Program-made: the position numbers and the translations under genes
Part shown: positions 14,928-29,652 of the stretch, one piece after another
How positions within the stretch are numbered: the first letter of the stretch is position 1
Layout of the letters: each line of letters begins with the position of its first letter
Notes under the pieces: generated by a model
Database searches by the model: none
What the model saw: the letters and a program-made list of their open reading frames with translations, nothing else
What the model was told of the DNA's origin: nothing
Origin: Eledone cirrhosa
Taxonomy: Eukaryota
Direction: 5' to 3'
Length of the DNA: 64,000 nucleotides
NCBI GenBank assembly: GCA_964016885.1
Contig: OZ024747.1
Location: forward strand, 2,170,001-2,234,000

Positions 14928-15081
14928 GTGGGCGGAGGTGGTGAGAACAGACCTCAGATTGCTGAAGCTCACGGTGGAGATGACGAAGGACCATGACTAG
15001 TGGAGAGATGCTCTGCTGAATAAGACCCGTCCCACCCTTGCAAGCAAGAAAGAGCGGACGTAAAATGATGATGATGATGAT
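14928..15081 (+). mobile_element. Short 3' fragment of the second RTE family
   Basis: Matches 29516-29650 and ends cccacccttgcaagc...ggacgtaaaa(TGA)n. Confidence 0.75.
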
Positions 15082-15989
15082 GTATGTGTATATATATATA
15101 TATGTATGTGTATATATATATGTGTATATATATATATATGTATGTGTGTATATATATATATATGTATATATATATAAATGTATATATATATATATATTTA
15201 GTAATAATTGCTTCTACTTTTGGCACAAGGCCAGCAATTACCCAGTGTATTACTGGTACTTCATTTTATCGACTCCGTAAGGATGAAAGGTAAAGTTAAC
15301 ATCGGCGGGATTTGAACTCAGACCATAAAGGGACGTAACTAAGCTAGAAAGCATCCAACCCTCTACCAATCAAGTTTATTCAGATGTGACATGCGTTTCC
15401 CTATTGATCAGCTCAAGGTTTGATCTCTATTGATTGGCACGACTCTGCATGCATGAAACAATTTGTATTATAAACATCATATAACCTTTGCACATCTAAT
15501 GTAAATACATCTAACTGTGGTATCACAGCATCAAGAGGTGTTGTTTTGATTTTTATCTTATTTCTTCACCCAAGACATTTTAGGGAGTAAATCTGACCAT
15601 CATCTCCCACACCCCCAACACCTCCAACTCCACTCTCAACCAAAGATCTTGAGTTTGCTCTTCGTTTTTATTTTTTCAATTTATTTTTTAAATTCCTTTA
15701 CTTTTGTTTTTATCAACATTCCTTCACTTATATTCTCATTACCATTTCCCAGACACACCCAAATTCCTTATACACAGCAACACATCACAACTTTAGAGCA
15801 GTCTGACATTCACCACCAACAAATGTGAGAAAGTTCTCGAGAAAGTTAACCAGGATTTAAAACAACCTTTCCACCAAAGTTAACAAAGAACTTATTAGAA
15901 ATACGTAGCAAAATTATAAAATTAAATTGTTATAGAATACCAACTACAAGTGAAGTCATTTTTTCCCTTTTTTCAAATATATATATGCT

Positions 15990-16312
15990 TTGGCCCCACT
16001 CGGTCACGAATGACCAGGGTTGAAAGTTCCCCTCCAAGGCACAAGCCTGGGCAAGGTTGTTTTGAAGAAGACCAGCAGTCGCCCATGCATACCAGTCTCC
16101 CCTCTCCACGCCACCCATGTTGTCCAAGGGAAAGGCACTGACCAATACAGCTTGGCACCAGTGACATTGCAATTCATTTCTACAGCTGAGTAAACTGGAG
16201 CAACATGAAATAAAGTGTCTTGCTCAAGTACACAATACATCACCCGGTCCAAGAATTGAACTCACAACCTCTTAATTACAAGCACAATGCTCTAACCACT
16301 AAGCCATGTGCT
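15990..16312 (-). mobile_element. SINE family A relative (different tail)
   Basis: Same tRNA-like head and body in reverse orientation. Related copies at about 8625-8820(+), 11095-11310(-), 21350-21580(+), 42640-42875(+), 46720-46980(+) and 48670-48985(+). Confidence 0.75.
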
Positions 16313-17159
16313 TAGTGGTTATATATATATATGCGTGTGTGTGTGTGAGTGTGTGTGTATATATGGTTGACTGCTGGAAAAAAAAGAGTACTCAATACCA
16401 AAGTAGAGTTTAAATATTGATTTCATTAGGACCAAATAGTGAGTCTTGTTACTCTGAAGTTTCACCTGCTTATCACAGGGTGATCAGACAGAGGACCCTG
16501 TGATAAACAGGTGAAACACCAGAGTAACAAGACTCACTATTTAGCCATAATAAAATGAATATATACATATATTGTTACTGTACATTGGATGGTAAGTATA
16601 ATAGCTATTTTAAAGTTTCACCATATGTATTGCATGTTAAGAAGTAATTTGTGTCTCTAAGTTCTCCAGGCTGCTTACCATTCCTTTACCAAACCATCAT
16701 TTGGAATAATGATATTATTTCCTTTGTGGAGTAATTGATTCACTCTCATGATTGAAATCTTCCATAATATCAATTTAATTCATTAGGCTTAAACAACATA
16801 GAGAAAAGGAGATTAGTTTTGGTTTATATAAAGTATTTAATCCACATGTGTTACATATCTATAGTCTAAAAGTAAGTAACTGTCTTAACATTCAGATGAA
16901 TGAATGTATTATGATCTTAACTCTATTTAAAAATTAATAGAAATACCCAGAAGTTGGATATATAAGTGTGCTTATATGGGAAAATATGGAACAAATTAAG
17001 TAATACAGGGATCTTATTAAGTACAATACAATGTCTCTGGTTTAATAAATGACTGTTTATAAATGTTATACTTCACTACTGGGTGGAGTAGGGATAGAGT
17101 ATCAAACATTAATTATGTAAGGAGGAGGTCTTAACAATATATATATATATATATATATG

Positions 17160-17189
<30 letters not shown>

Positions 17190-17191
<2 letters not shown>

Positions 17192-17370
17192 ACAAAGAAA
17201 GTGTGGTAAGAAACCAAGTGGACCATAAGGCACCAACTCGATACTTAGGGTAGTAGAATGGGTAATAGGAAAAGAGTAGGGACCCTGACAGCTGAGCTCC
17301 GGCTGTTTCGACGTTGGACGAAATGGCTGGAGCTCAGCCGTCAGGCTCCTGATTCTTTTCCTATATATAT
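17190..17370 (-). mobile_element. Foldback mini-element with a hammerhead 3' half (GAGCTC-loop family)
   Basis: Hairpin at about 17266-17363; GAAAUGGCUG-GAGCU-CAGCCGUC. Homologues at 35645-35842 and 63845-63990. Confidence 0.6.
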
Positions 17371-18513
17371 AGTCAGGTGGTGGGGTTGGATACCAGAATT
17401 TTAACAGATATTTGTGAAAGTGACTGCATACTCTGAAATATTCCAGATGAATATTTAAGAAATTATTTCAGATTTTTATAATGTTTAACATATTGTCCTT
17501 CTCCAATGGGCATAACCAACACCTACTCCTGTTTGTTCTCTAATATTTCATGTTATACCATTTACAATGTTATTTTCTTTCATCTACCACACATATTTAG
17601 ACAGTATTGTTGCTCTCCTCTTATTTTTATCTTAGAAGAATGCTGTATGGTTTGTAAGGTTGGGTCGGAAATGTTACTTACTAAGTTTTTTGAAAATATT
17701 TACTAGGTGCTTTTTGTTGTGTCACCAACACGACCATTTTACAGGGAGGACTGGGTGGCTTTTTATCGTGTCACCAATATGACCACTTTGCAGGGCGTAT
17801 AAATATATTAGTCTATGCAACATTGTAAATTGACCTTTTTATAGAATATTGTTATCAGAAATTTATTCTAAACAAAAGAATAAATAAGAAAATATGAAAA
17901 AATCCTGAAAAAAAAAAATGTTTAAATCAGATCAAATATCAGATTTTTAATATGTGTATGTGTAGGTCAATGTGTGCATGTATGTCTGTGTCTATGTGTG
18001 TGTATGTGTGTGTCTATATGTGTATGTATGTATGTGTGTGTATATGTGTATGTGTGGGTCAATGTGTGCATGTATGTCTGTGTCTATGTGTATGTATGTC
18101 TGTGTCAATGTGGGTGTCTATGTGTGTCTATGTGTGTCTATGTGTGTCTATGTGTGTGTATATGTGTGTCTATGAGTATGTGTGTGCATGTTTGAAACAT
18201 CTACTTTAAAATTGAAACTACATTCATTCCATTATAAAAACCTATGAAACAAAGGCTGGAAGGACTCTTCAGGTGTGCCAAGACTAGCAGCCCAGTGTTG
18301 GTGCCAGGATAAAATATATTTGGCAGTGTGAAGGATTGTATATAAATGAGAAGCAGGGCATTGGAGCATTTGTTAGAATGCAGAAATGTATATAAGGCAG
18401 GTACAGTCCCTTGGTCCATCTTTGAATGTGACCTCTGCATTGACCAGTCTCTGATGACTTCAAAATCTTGCTAGCAGAGAAATCAGATATTAAATGTTGC
18501 TGCTGTAGCTGCT

Positions 18514-18544
<31 letters not shown>

Positions 18545-18622
18545 TTAAATATAAGTATGTACACGTAGATACATATATGTATACAGACGTACAGTAGTAT
18601 GTATATATATACATACATGCAC

Positions 18623-18668
<46 letters not shown>

Positions 18669-18820
18669 TATACACGCATATATATTTGTATACGTGTATA
18701 TGTATGTATATATATATATAGTTATATATATATATAAATATACACCTGTATATGTATATATGTGTATTGATATCTTTTATATGCATTGATTAAACCTAAA
18801 ATTAGTATATATATATATAG

Positions 18821-19141
18821 CTTAGTGGTTAGAGCATTGGCCTTGCAATCGAAAGGTTGTGAGTTCAATTCTCAGACCGGGTAATGTGTTGTTTCCTTGA
18901 GCAAGACACTTTATTTCACATTGCTCCAGTTTACTCAGCTGTAGAAATGAGATGATAGGGACTGGGGTCCCTATCATTCCACTGCAAAGTGGTCGTGGAG
19001 GTGCCACGGCAAAAAAACACCCAGCACTCACTGTAAATGAGGTTGGTGTTAGAAAGGGCATCCAGCTGTAGAAATCAAGCCTGAATCAGTTCCCGTCCCA
19101 CCCTTGCAAGCAGGGAAAAGTGCACGTAAAATGATGATGAT
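18821..19141 (+). mobile_element. tRNA-derived SINE family A (CORE-like body, RTE-type tail)
   Basis: A-box-like TAGTGGTTAGAGC, B-box-like GAGTTCAATTC, body ccttgagcaagacactt, and a 3' end shared with RTE LINEs ending in (TGA)n. Confidence 0.85.
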
Positions 19142-20053
19142 ATATATATATATATATATATATCACCTGTATGTTTTGTCCCCTTCCATCTCCCACCACC
19201 ACCACCACCACCACAAACACACAAAAAATGTCAAGAATGGAAAATAGAACATCTCATTTTGAGGGAAATTGTAAAATTGCTGATCATGACACTGGCAAAA
19301 TATAGACAACATAGATAATAGATAAATTAAAGTATATTTCAAATGCATTACAGGTGCATTATAGATCCATTACACATGTCTTACAGATCCATTAGAGATA
19401 TATAAAGTAATCCATTAGAGCCTTTATTAAATGAAATGAAATATTTCTCTAATATAAATGCATTCAATAAGAATGTTTGCCATTCTTGCCTGATATCTCT
19501 CCAAGAAAATCTTGTCTGAAATATTTATGGTTTAAAAGTGAATGATCGACATTTAAATTGGATATAATAGGTAAAATGGTTATAAGACTTAAGGAGCTAA
19601 CTAATAGAATATTATACCACTTAAATAAAATTCTACTCCCATAATATAGTTGCAGACTTGGTTGGGTGGTTTCTGGTTTAGCCTCACTATGTGACTCCAT
19701 AGGCAAGTATTGTCCACCATAGCCTTGGATTAATCAATGCTTTGTGAGTGGAATTTGGTAGAGGGAAACTGGATGGAACCATATCAGATACACACACACT
19801 TTTTCTCAAAAATGGCTGACTGAATACACGTGTGTTTTCATCAAACTTATTTTTCCATTCTTTCCTCTTCTCGCTCTCTATCTTTCTATTTAATCTTTTA
19901 TTTCTCCTGATGAAAGATTAATGTCCAAAGCATTAAGACTCTTCTACTACTATATCAAGTATTAAACTAATATATTTTTTCATTGTATTGTGTTGGTTGT
20001 TATTTATGTTTACTTTTTTACATCATCATCATCGTCATTTAATATTTATTTTC

Positions 20054-20179
<126 letters not shown>

Positions 20180-20462
20180 CAGGTATTTATGGATTATGTA
20201 TGGACTCATTGTTTATGTTCCATATAATCATCAACATATTTGTTTAATATTAGCTGTCCCTGCAATGGGGTCAGATGGGTTCTGACCCTACATTGGAGGT
20301 CACATCTTACATTCCTGCAGCCATATGAGTGCACAAATGACCTAGCAGCCTGCAATTTGCTTACATATGATTCCACACACAACCAAGTGCATTTTATCAT
20401 GCCACCAGTTCTAGGGATGTTGACTGAAGAATCCTTCCAGCCCTTTGTTTGGCAAGTTTTCT

Positions 20463-20556
<94 letters not shown>

Positions 20557-20966
20557 AAGAAAATGAGGTTTTTAAACAATGTCCCACATGGGTAAAAGTA
20601 TAGGGTAAAGAAATTGAAAATGCAACTGGAGTCTTTTAAGAATATCTATTTATTTACTGGTTTCACAGTTCTTATGATTTAAAAAGAAAATTGAGATGGA
20701 GGGTTTGTGTTTCTGTTGTTTGTCTCGCATAAATACACACACATATTTAGGTCCATGTGTATATGAAAGGTATGTATGCAGACACATACACAGTATCATG
20801 AAATTTAAAACAAAAGTTTGGTGAAAAGTGTAAAACTATTGAGATATAGCTAGTTTATTAAAAGACAGAATGTTCTAATAACTTTGTTATAAAAGCCAAA
20901 TTTATGTCTGTGTCTAGAATATTCTTGACCAACTAAATGAACCCTTTCAATATATTTATCTTGTAG

Positions 20967-21120
20967 CGAAGTCTTCTAAGGAATCCAAAGAATTCTCAGA
21001 TTGAGGAAAAGGCTGTTAAGGTGGTTGAATTCTGTGGAGAAAAACCAAGATCTTGCCATGCTAATCATAGAGAACATAACTGGGCAGAAAGGGATATAGG
21101 GCACTATGAAGAATTAAAAG
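20967..21120 (+). CDS. Protocadherin internal cytoplasmic exon (154 nt)
   Basis: tttatcttgtag|CGA...AAAG|gtatgt. Open in phase 0: RSLLRNPKNSQIEEKAVKVVEFCGEKPRSCHANHREHNWAERDIGHYEELK plus G. Ends in phase 1, which is what the last exon requires. Confidence 0.85.
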
Positions 21121-22085
21121 GTATGTCTTCGTAAAAAGTTTGCAATTAGTGATATAAGCCTATAATTAATATCCCTATATATTAATTTCTTCATTATTCT
21201 TATCATCATCATCATCATTTAACGTCCATCTTCCTTGTTAGCATGGATTGGACAGGTCTTCATAGACTAAGTTAGTACTCAAGTGGGGCTACTGATCTCT
21301 TAGATGGACTGAAGACTTACATTTCAAATACAAACTGCCCTGTGTGTGGAGGAGTGTGGCCTAGTGGTAAGGGTATTTTACTTACGATCATAGTGTGTTG
21401 TGTTTTTGAGCAAAACACTTCATTTCATGTTGCTCCAGTATACTCAACTGAAAATGAATACTAGCAATAGCTAGGGGTTTAACCCTGTGATGGACTAGCA
21501 TCCTGCCCAGGGGAGAGTCTTGTACTCTTCAGGAGAATCACCAGCCTGACTAGCCCCCAGGCTTGAGACAGACTGTAGATTAGACTTTAGACTGCCCTAC
21601 GTTCTAGTGTGGGGCATTTTATTGTGACACCAGCACTAGGGAGGTTTTATGTCTTTCATATAGCTGAAGAGTCCACCTAGCCCTTGTTTGGCAAGCTTTC
21701 TACAGCTGGATGCTCTTCCTATCACCAACCACTTTACAGAGTGTACTGGGTGTATTTACCATGTAGATCACCAACACTAGGGAGATTGGATAATATTGTA
21801 AGTTATACACAATTTCTGGATAAAATACAAGATGGTCATGGCTGGAATGTGTTTGACCATATGTCTGTTCAATAAAAGCTGATCTGAGGCCAAAGGAATA
21901 GTAAGAGGGTGAGGGAGGACAAGTACAGCAGTATGGGTAGGTGAGCACAACATTTCCTCTACTCTATTATGTCTGTTAATTGGAGTGAGAGAGGGGATGA
22001 TGTCTAAAGGGCCTTTATTTCCCCCTACTCCCACCACCAGGTGCTGAGAACTCTTACCATTCCTCTGCCTGAGACTAAACAACAA

Positions 22086-22120
<35 letters not shown>

Positions 22121-22939
22121 GCAGCAGCAGCAGTAACAGTAACCCATCCATCAATCTGAAAAAAGCACATATCTTCTTTTATACTTAATATACTGATTAT
22201 TTCATATATTAAATTAGGTTTGTAATCATGTTAAGCTAATTATTCTAGTTATTAAGACTTATTCTAATTATTATGACTGATGCAGACATTTTGTTTAAGG
22301 GAAGATTTCATTGATGCGTTAACAGAACGAAACAACAAGAGAGTTTCTGTCTACTCTTCCATTATTATCTGTAGCCAATCTTGTTGTTATTGTAGGAACA
22401 TTTTTCTACCGAATTACTTACGCTGTTGTAGGTTTTTAATGTTGTGTAGTGTTCAATAAAACAGAGCGTTCTGTGAATAACTCACTAGACTGACTAACTT
22501 GGGACCTAAAATAATGTTACCACTGTTCCATTTCTCTGCTTTTGATTTGGTGATTAACATATATAGGATAAGATGTACTGACCATTAAGGGAATACTTTT
22601 ACATCCTAAAACTCTTTGTTGGGAATCTTCAAAAAAAAAAAAAAAAAATCAGAGTTTATACTGCGGATGAAAAATGTATATATTCTACTGGAAACAGAAA
22701 AAATAACAAAAAGAATAGAAAAAAAGCCGTAAAAATTGGGAATATATTTAAGCAATATTACTAACTGAAATAAAAGATAGCAATAGAAAATATGAAATAA
22801 TAGAGATGAAATATCCAAGTGGGGTATAAAACTATCAGATAGTGAGTTGAGGTATACTACTGGGCTTTTGGTTTGTATTTAAGCTGTAGAAATGTGAATA
22901 GCAGGAATAGGCCCCAGATAATCTGGCAATATACTGCAA

Positions 22940-24250
22940 GACAGTGTTACACACTACAACATACTACAACACACTGCATCATACTACAACACTTTACAAC
23001 ACAGTGTTACAAACTACAGCACACTACAAGAGAGTGTCACACACTACAGCATACTACAGCATACTACAGCATACTACAGCACACTACAACACACTACAGC
23101 ACAGTGTCACACACTACAGCACACTACAACACACTACAACACAGTGTCACACACTACAGCACACTACAACACACTATAACACAGTGTCACATACTACAGC
23201 ACACTACAACACACTACAACACGGTGTCACACACTACAACACAGTGTCACACACTACAACACGGTGTCACACACTACAGCACAGTGTCACACACTACAAC
23301 ACAGTATCACACACTACAGCACACTACAACACACTACAACACGGTGTCACATACTACAGCACGGTGTCACACACTACAGCACAGTGTCACACACTACAAC
23401 ACAGTGTCACACACTACAGCACACTACAACACGGTGCCACACACTACAACACAGTGTCACACACTACAACACAGTGTCACACACTACAACACGGTGTCAC
23501 ACACTACAGCACGGTGTCACACACTACAGCACGGTGTCCCACACTACAGCACAGTGTCACACACTACAACACAGTGTCACACACTACAACACAGTGTCAC
23601 ACACTACAACACAGTGTCACACACTACAGCACACTACAACACACTACAACAGACTACAACACACTACAACACACTACAACACACTACAACACAGTGTCAC
23701 ACACTACAACACACTACAATGCACTACAACAGACTACAACACACTACAACAGACTACAACACACTACAACACACTACAACACAGTGTCACACACTACAAC
23801 ACACTACAACAGACTACAACACACTACAACACACTACAACAGACTACAACACACTACAACACACTACAACACACTACAACACAGTGTCACACACTACAAC
23901 ACAGTGTCACGCACTACAACACTGTCACACACTACAGCACACTACAACACACTACAACACGGTGTCACACACTACAGCACGGTGTCACACACTACAACAC
24001 AGTGTCACACACTACAACACAGTGTCACACACTACAACACACTACAACACACTATAACACAGTGTCACACACTACAACACACTACAACACACTACAACAC
24101 AGTGTCACACACTACAACACAGTGTCACACACTACAACACAGTGTCACCCAGTACAACACAGTGTCACACACTACAACACAGTGTCACACACTACAACAC
24201 GGTGTCACACACTACAACACAGTGTCACACACTACAACACACTACAACAC
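22940..24250. repeat. 10-bp satellite of interspersed units ACACTACAAC/ACACTACAGC and ACAGTGTCAC
   Basis: Units read directly, in register across sequence lines. Confidence 0.95.
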
Positions 24251-25877
24251 AACATTACTCATTGACTCATTTCTACTCTACAGTTGTACTATCCCTTTAC
24301 TACTACTCTGGCCTCATTTAATATGGCTAGTCATGTGTCATCCCCAATCTGACTCTCATCATGTACTCTCCTTCCATATTCTACCAATAACCATGAATAC
24401 AGCACTAGCCACGATTCCCAGACCTTCCTCCCATGACCATCAACACTTTTGAATTCCCTCACTTTGCAGCTATTAAAGAGAAATATCAGTTATGGCGATC
24501 TCATTAGTGTTAGGCGGGCAGCAAACGTAAAGACCACAGCGTCTTCTTCCTGACAGAATCATTAAAAAATAGCTGGCATCTTGTAAGAACCACTGGACAG
24601 ATTTTACGAGTGAAACCAACTGGTAGGAGACCCAGGGGTAGACCCTGGGGCAAGATGGTTGGATAACATCTATGAGCTTGGATTAGTTGAAGTTGGTTGT
24701 TTCTGACAGGACCTGCTGGAAGGAGTGTTTGAGGACTCTGCTCCAACGATACGCTCAAGAAGAAGAAGGAGAAGGAGAAGGAGAAGGAGAAGAAGAAGAA
24801 GAAGAAATTTATTTGCTATTTATTTATTTTTACAAGACATCATCTTGTCGGCTTCTATCTAATTCTGTGAGTACGAGAAAAAAAAGATATGAAGGAAGAA
24901 TCAATTCCAGTATTTGCCTAGTAGTACTTTATTGACCCTGAAAGAGTGAAAGACAAAGTTGACCTAAGTGGGATTTGAAATCAGATCTCAGAGACCTGGA
25001 ACAAATACTGTAAGGCATTCTATCCAATATATTAATTACTCTACCAATTTGCTGTCCTTATTCAGTGATATAAAAAAATAAAGGATATACTAAAATCATT
25101 TCTCTGGCCCACGAGGGGATTTCTGTTCAGCATTGCAAGCTATGAAAATATTTTGTCAAGTTATAAATATATATCTCTTTGACAGGTAAATCAACTTTCC
25201 ACTGAACTATTAGATATCTCTTCTACCACATATCAAAATAATTTATTTCACTCTGCAAACATATCTCTACTTACTAGTTGCTGAAACAAACTATTACTAT
25301 TTTTCCTAGGATTCTGCTAATTCACTTTGAGCCCTTGAGAGCTAACTATCTTTGCTAGGAACATATATATTATCAATCATTTCACATATACCATACACCA
25401 ATTCCCCACCTTACTGGCAGCTACTCTCAGTCTGCAGTTAGGTGGAATAATGGTTTCGGATTTAGTCACAAGGCCAACCATTTTGTGAGAGAGGAGATTT
25501 GATTAAATCAAGCCCAGTGCATTACTGGTATTTTATCTTATCAATGCTGTAGGGATAAAAGACAAAGCTAACCTCAGCAGGATTTGAACTCTGAAAATAA
25601 ATGGCCATAACTCTATGCTGCAAATGATGGTGTCTGATGCTCTACCGATACTGCTAATCCAGCACTCTGTTAGGTGAAATAATAGCAATATTACTGTTTA
25701 TATATGTGGAGGTGTGGTGATATATGAGTGGCTGGAGGTAAGGCTACATAAGAGATACACAGGGATAAGAAGAGAAAGATCGAGAGAGACCTGGGTATAA
25801 GTGGTGAGAACTGATCTCATCAAGCTGACCCTCACAGTGGAAGGAAACTGCAGTAGAGGAATACCAAGGAAGCTCTG

Positions 25878-26178
25878 ATGATGATGGTGATAGTAGTGGT
25901 AATGATGGTGATAGTAGTGGTAATGATGGTGATAGTAGTGGTAATGATGGTGATAGTAGTGGTAATGATGGTGATAGTAGTGGTAATGATGGTGATAGTA
26001 GTGGTAATGATGGTGATAGTAGTGGTAATGATGGTGATAGTAGTGGTAATGATGGTGATAGTAGTGGTAATGATGGTGATAGTAGTGGTAATGATGGTGA
26101 TAGTAGTGGTAATGATGGTGATAGTAGTGGTAATGATGGTGATAGTAGTGGTAATGATGGTGATAGTAGTGGTAATGA
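25878..26178. repeat. 21-bp tandem repeat
   Basis: ATGATGGTGATAGTAGTGGTA, about 14 copies. Confidence 0.95.
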
Positions 26179-26730
26179 TCATGATGACAATGATTATGAT
26201 GATGATGATAGTTGTTGTAGTCAGGAAAATTTCTATTTTCACTGTTTTTTCCTTCCAAATATCAAATTGATTAAATTGCCACCATTTTCTTGGCTACCAA
26301 ATATCTACGAAATAGTTTCTTTCTGGAAATAACGTTCTCTCTCTCTCCTTCTCCCTCTTTCTCTCACTCCTTCTCTGGCCCTTGCTCCCTTTCTCCCTCA
26401 CACACACACACACTCTCTTTCCCTCACTTTCGCTCCCTTTTTGGCTCTTGCTCTCTCTCTTTCTCGTCCTTGCTCTCTCCATCTCTCTCTCGCTGACTCT
26501 TTTGCTCACACTCTCTCTCCCTCTTACTCTTGCTCTCTCCATGTCTGTCGCTTGCTTCCCCCCCCACTTCTCTCTCAGGTTCTTGCTATCACTCTCTCTC
26601 TCTCCCTCTCCACTATCCACCCTACCCTTTCCCTTTGGCATCCATATCCATTAGCACAGATCCAGAAATAGTTTTGGCACTAAACTTATCACATAAATGA
26701 TCCATGGACTGTAGCTGAACTCTTATTTAG

Positions 26731-26779
<49 letters not shown>

Positions 26780-26787
<8 letters not shown>

Positions 26788-26876
26788 TATATTTACTGCT
26801 GGCGATATCTATAGATATATTTATATATATATATATATATATAGTATATATATCTACTGTTGGCGATATCTTTATA

Positions 26877-26908
<32 letters not shown>

Positions 26909-26940
26909 GTATATATCTACTGTTGGCAATATCTATTTAT

Positions 26941-26971
<31 letters not shown>

Positions 26972-27050
26972 GTATATATCTACTGTTGGCATTATCTCTA
27001 TATATATATATATATATAGTATATATCTACTGTTGGCAATATCTATTTAT

Positions 27051-27081
<31 letters not shown>

Positions 27082-27160
27082 GTATATATCTACTGTTGGC
27101 AATATCTATATATATATATATATATATAGTATATATCTACTGTTGGCAATATCTATATAT
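26780..27160. repeat. Compound repeat: AGTATATATCTACTGTTGGCAATATCT separated by variable (TA)n
   Basis: About 7 copies visible. Confidence 0.85.
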
Positions 27161-27619
27161 CTATGTGTGAGGTTTCTCAACAAACATACATGAATATGTA
27201 AATGTGTATGTGTCTGTCAATATCCATTGAGTCAGTATATATATTTATATATTGATTGATTTCTATATATAATGTGGCAATATATATCTTGTGTGTGTGT
27301 ATGTGGTGTGAACATGGTATAAATATTAACTTAAGTATGTGTGTGTGTGTGTTTTTAAGTCAAGGTTTATATATATATTCATTATCATACGTGTGTTTTC
27401 ATATCAGTGAGCAGACATGTTATTTTATGAATATACACACATATATAAATATTTATATATACATATATAAATATATACATCCATCCATCCATACATTCAT
27501 AGATACAAACATATGTACATACATATATTATCATTATCGTTTAACGTCCATCTTCCATGCTAGCATGAGTTAGACGGTTTTGTTCCATTTAGTGCGGGAA
27601 TGGTCACATTTTTTATTAC

Positions 27620-29098
27620 TATCATCATCATCATCATCATCAACGTTTAACGTCCATGTTCCACGCTTGCATGGGTTTGGACGGGGGTAGTCCCACTTGA
27701 GGCAAGAGTGATTGTCTTGCTCGCATAGGACTGTCTGGCAGGTTTTCTACAGTTGGATGCCCTTCCTAACACCAACCACATTTACAGTGTGGGTCTGGGA
27801 GGTTTTTACCGTGTTGCCTACACGGCCACATTACAGCGTGGACTGTGTGTTTTTTTGTCGTGACACCTACCCGATCTCATTTGTTTCGGCCTCGATGGCG
27901 CGGCACCAACATAACTTTACATAGAACGGGGTGGTGTGGATCGGGTGGGGGTGGTGGTGGTGGGACGGGGTGTATTTTGTTAGAGATGCCTACTGGCTGG
28001 AGTAGGTTTTACTATATATTTAGGTAAGGCGGGTCTTCTCTGTTACTGAGTACCGCCAAAGGTCTCGGTCCAGTGACATTGTCTTGGAGAGGTGTAAGTG
28101 TGTGATGTCGGAGTTTATCAGCTCGTCCCAGGTTTTTCTAGGTCTGCCTATTCCGTGACTACCGTCTATCTTTATTGCCCTGCACTTTGTTATACAGCTA
28201 TCGACTTTCATGCGCATCACGTGTCCATACCAACGTAGCCTTCTCTCGAGTAAACAACATCTGATCCCTCTTATCTCTAATTTTTTCCTTAGTTCGTTTA
28301 TGCTTTGCCGTTCACGTATATTACTGTTACACATCCAGCGGAGCATACAAGCTTCGTTCCTCTCTAGTCTGCGTATATCCTCTGCACACAATGCCCAGGT
28401 CTCACTGCCATGCAGCATTGCTGTTCGTATGCAGGCATCGTACAACCTGCCTTTCATTTTTAGTGAGAACCCTTTAGCAGCTAATAGTGGTATAAGCTCT
28501 CTGAACTTTTTCCAACCAGTTCTGACTCTAGCTACAGTACTTTCAGAGCACCCTCCCCCACTGCTGATTTTATCGCCCAGGTAACGGAAGCTGTCCACTA
28601 TTTCTATAGAACCCTCTGCGCAATTGAAAGAGCTAGTAGTTTGTGGGCACTTGCTGCTACTTATTGCACCAGAGCACCGGCCACATGTAAAATCTATGTT
28701 CTTAGTTAGCTTACCTGTGATCCCACTACATCTTTTATGCACCCATACTTTGCATTTAGGACATAAAATGGAGTTTCTACCTACGCCTTTCCTACACACC
28801 GAACACGACCATTTCCCAGAAGGGACCGCCGCCTTGTTTTCTTTCCTACAAACTAGTACTTTGGTCTTAGCCAGGTTAATTTTAAGTCCTTTTGACTCTA
28901 GGCCGTGCTTCCATGTTTGGAATTTCTTCTCTAGCTCGGCCATTGATTCCGCTATGAGTGTCAGGTCGTCTGCGTATAGGAGTTCCCATGGGCAGCCTGT
29001 CTTGAACTCCTCTGTTATAGCCTGAAGGGCAATAATAAATAGTAGTGGACTGAGAACAGAGCCCTGATGGACGCCAACTTTTACGCTAAACTCTTCAC
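27620..29098 (-). mobile_element. 5'-truncated RTE LINE (same family)
   Basis: ORF 28020-29141 has GVHQGSVLSP, LLYADD, FRYLG and RLRWYGHV. The 3' UTR and (CAT)n on the + strand match the 53.6 kb copy. Confidence 0.95.
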
Positions 29099-29148
<50 letters not shown>

Positions 29149-29429
29149 ATATATATATTTATATATAAATAATCATCGTGATTTTTACGTCTGGTCTTCC
29201 CTGCTTGTATAAGTTTATATACTGAACAAATGCACTACCTAGAGTATGACAGTCCAATCTTGACCATTTTCCCAGGTTATAAGAACAATTAAATTTGAAA
29301 TCTAAATATAATATATCAGTTCTCACACCTGATTCAGCCCTGTTTTCCTTTTGTCACATCCACCGATATTTTACAATATCTCTATATATATATGTGATAT
29401 ATATGCATGTGTGTGAATATATATATATA

Positions 29430-29652
29430 TGGCACATGGAGGATAACCGATGGGTGAAGAAGTGCCACGAAATCCCAGTAGAAGGAAGACGCAGTAGGGG
29501 AAGACCACGAAAAACGTGGGCGGAGGTGGTGAGAGCAGACCTCAGATTGCTGAAGCTCACAGCGGAGATGACGAAGGATCGTGACTAGTGAATAGGACTT
29601 GTCCCATCCTTCCAAGCAGGGAAAAGTTGACATAAAATGATGATGATGATGA
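29430..29652 (+). mobile_element. Short 3' fragment of a second RTE family
   Basis: HMEDNRWVKKCHEIPVEGRRSRGRPRKTWAEVV followed by a (GAT)n tail. The same sequence occurs at 14928-15081. Confidence 0.8.

Noticed and set aside
18821-18900. tRNA gene
   Set aside because: A and B boxes are present but there is no full cloverleaf, and the sequence continues into a SINE body.
22873-24452. 394-502 aa ORFs
   Set aside because: Stop-free 10-bp satellite open in all three + frames, inside an intron.
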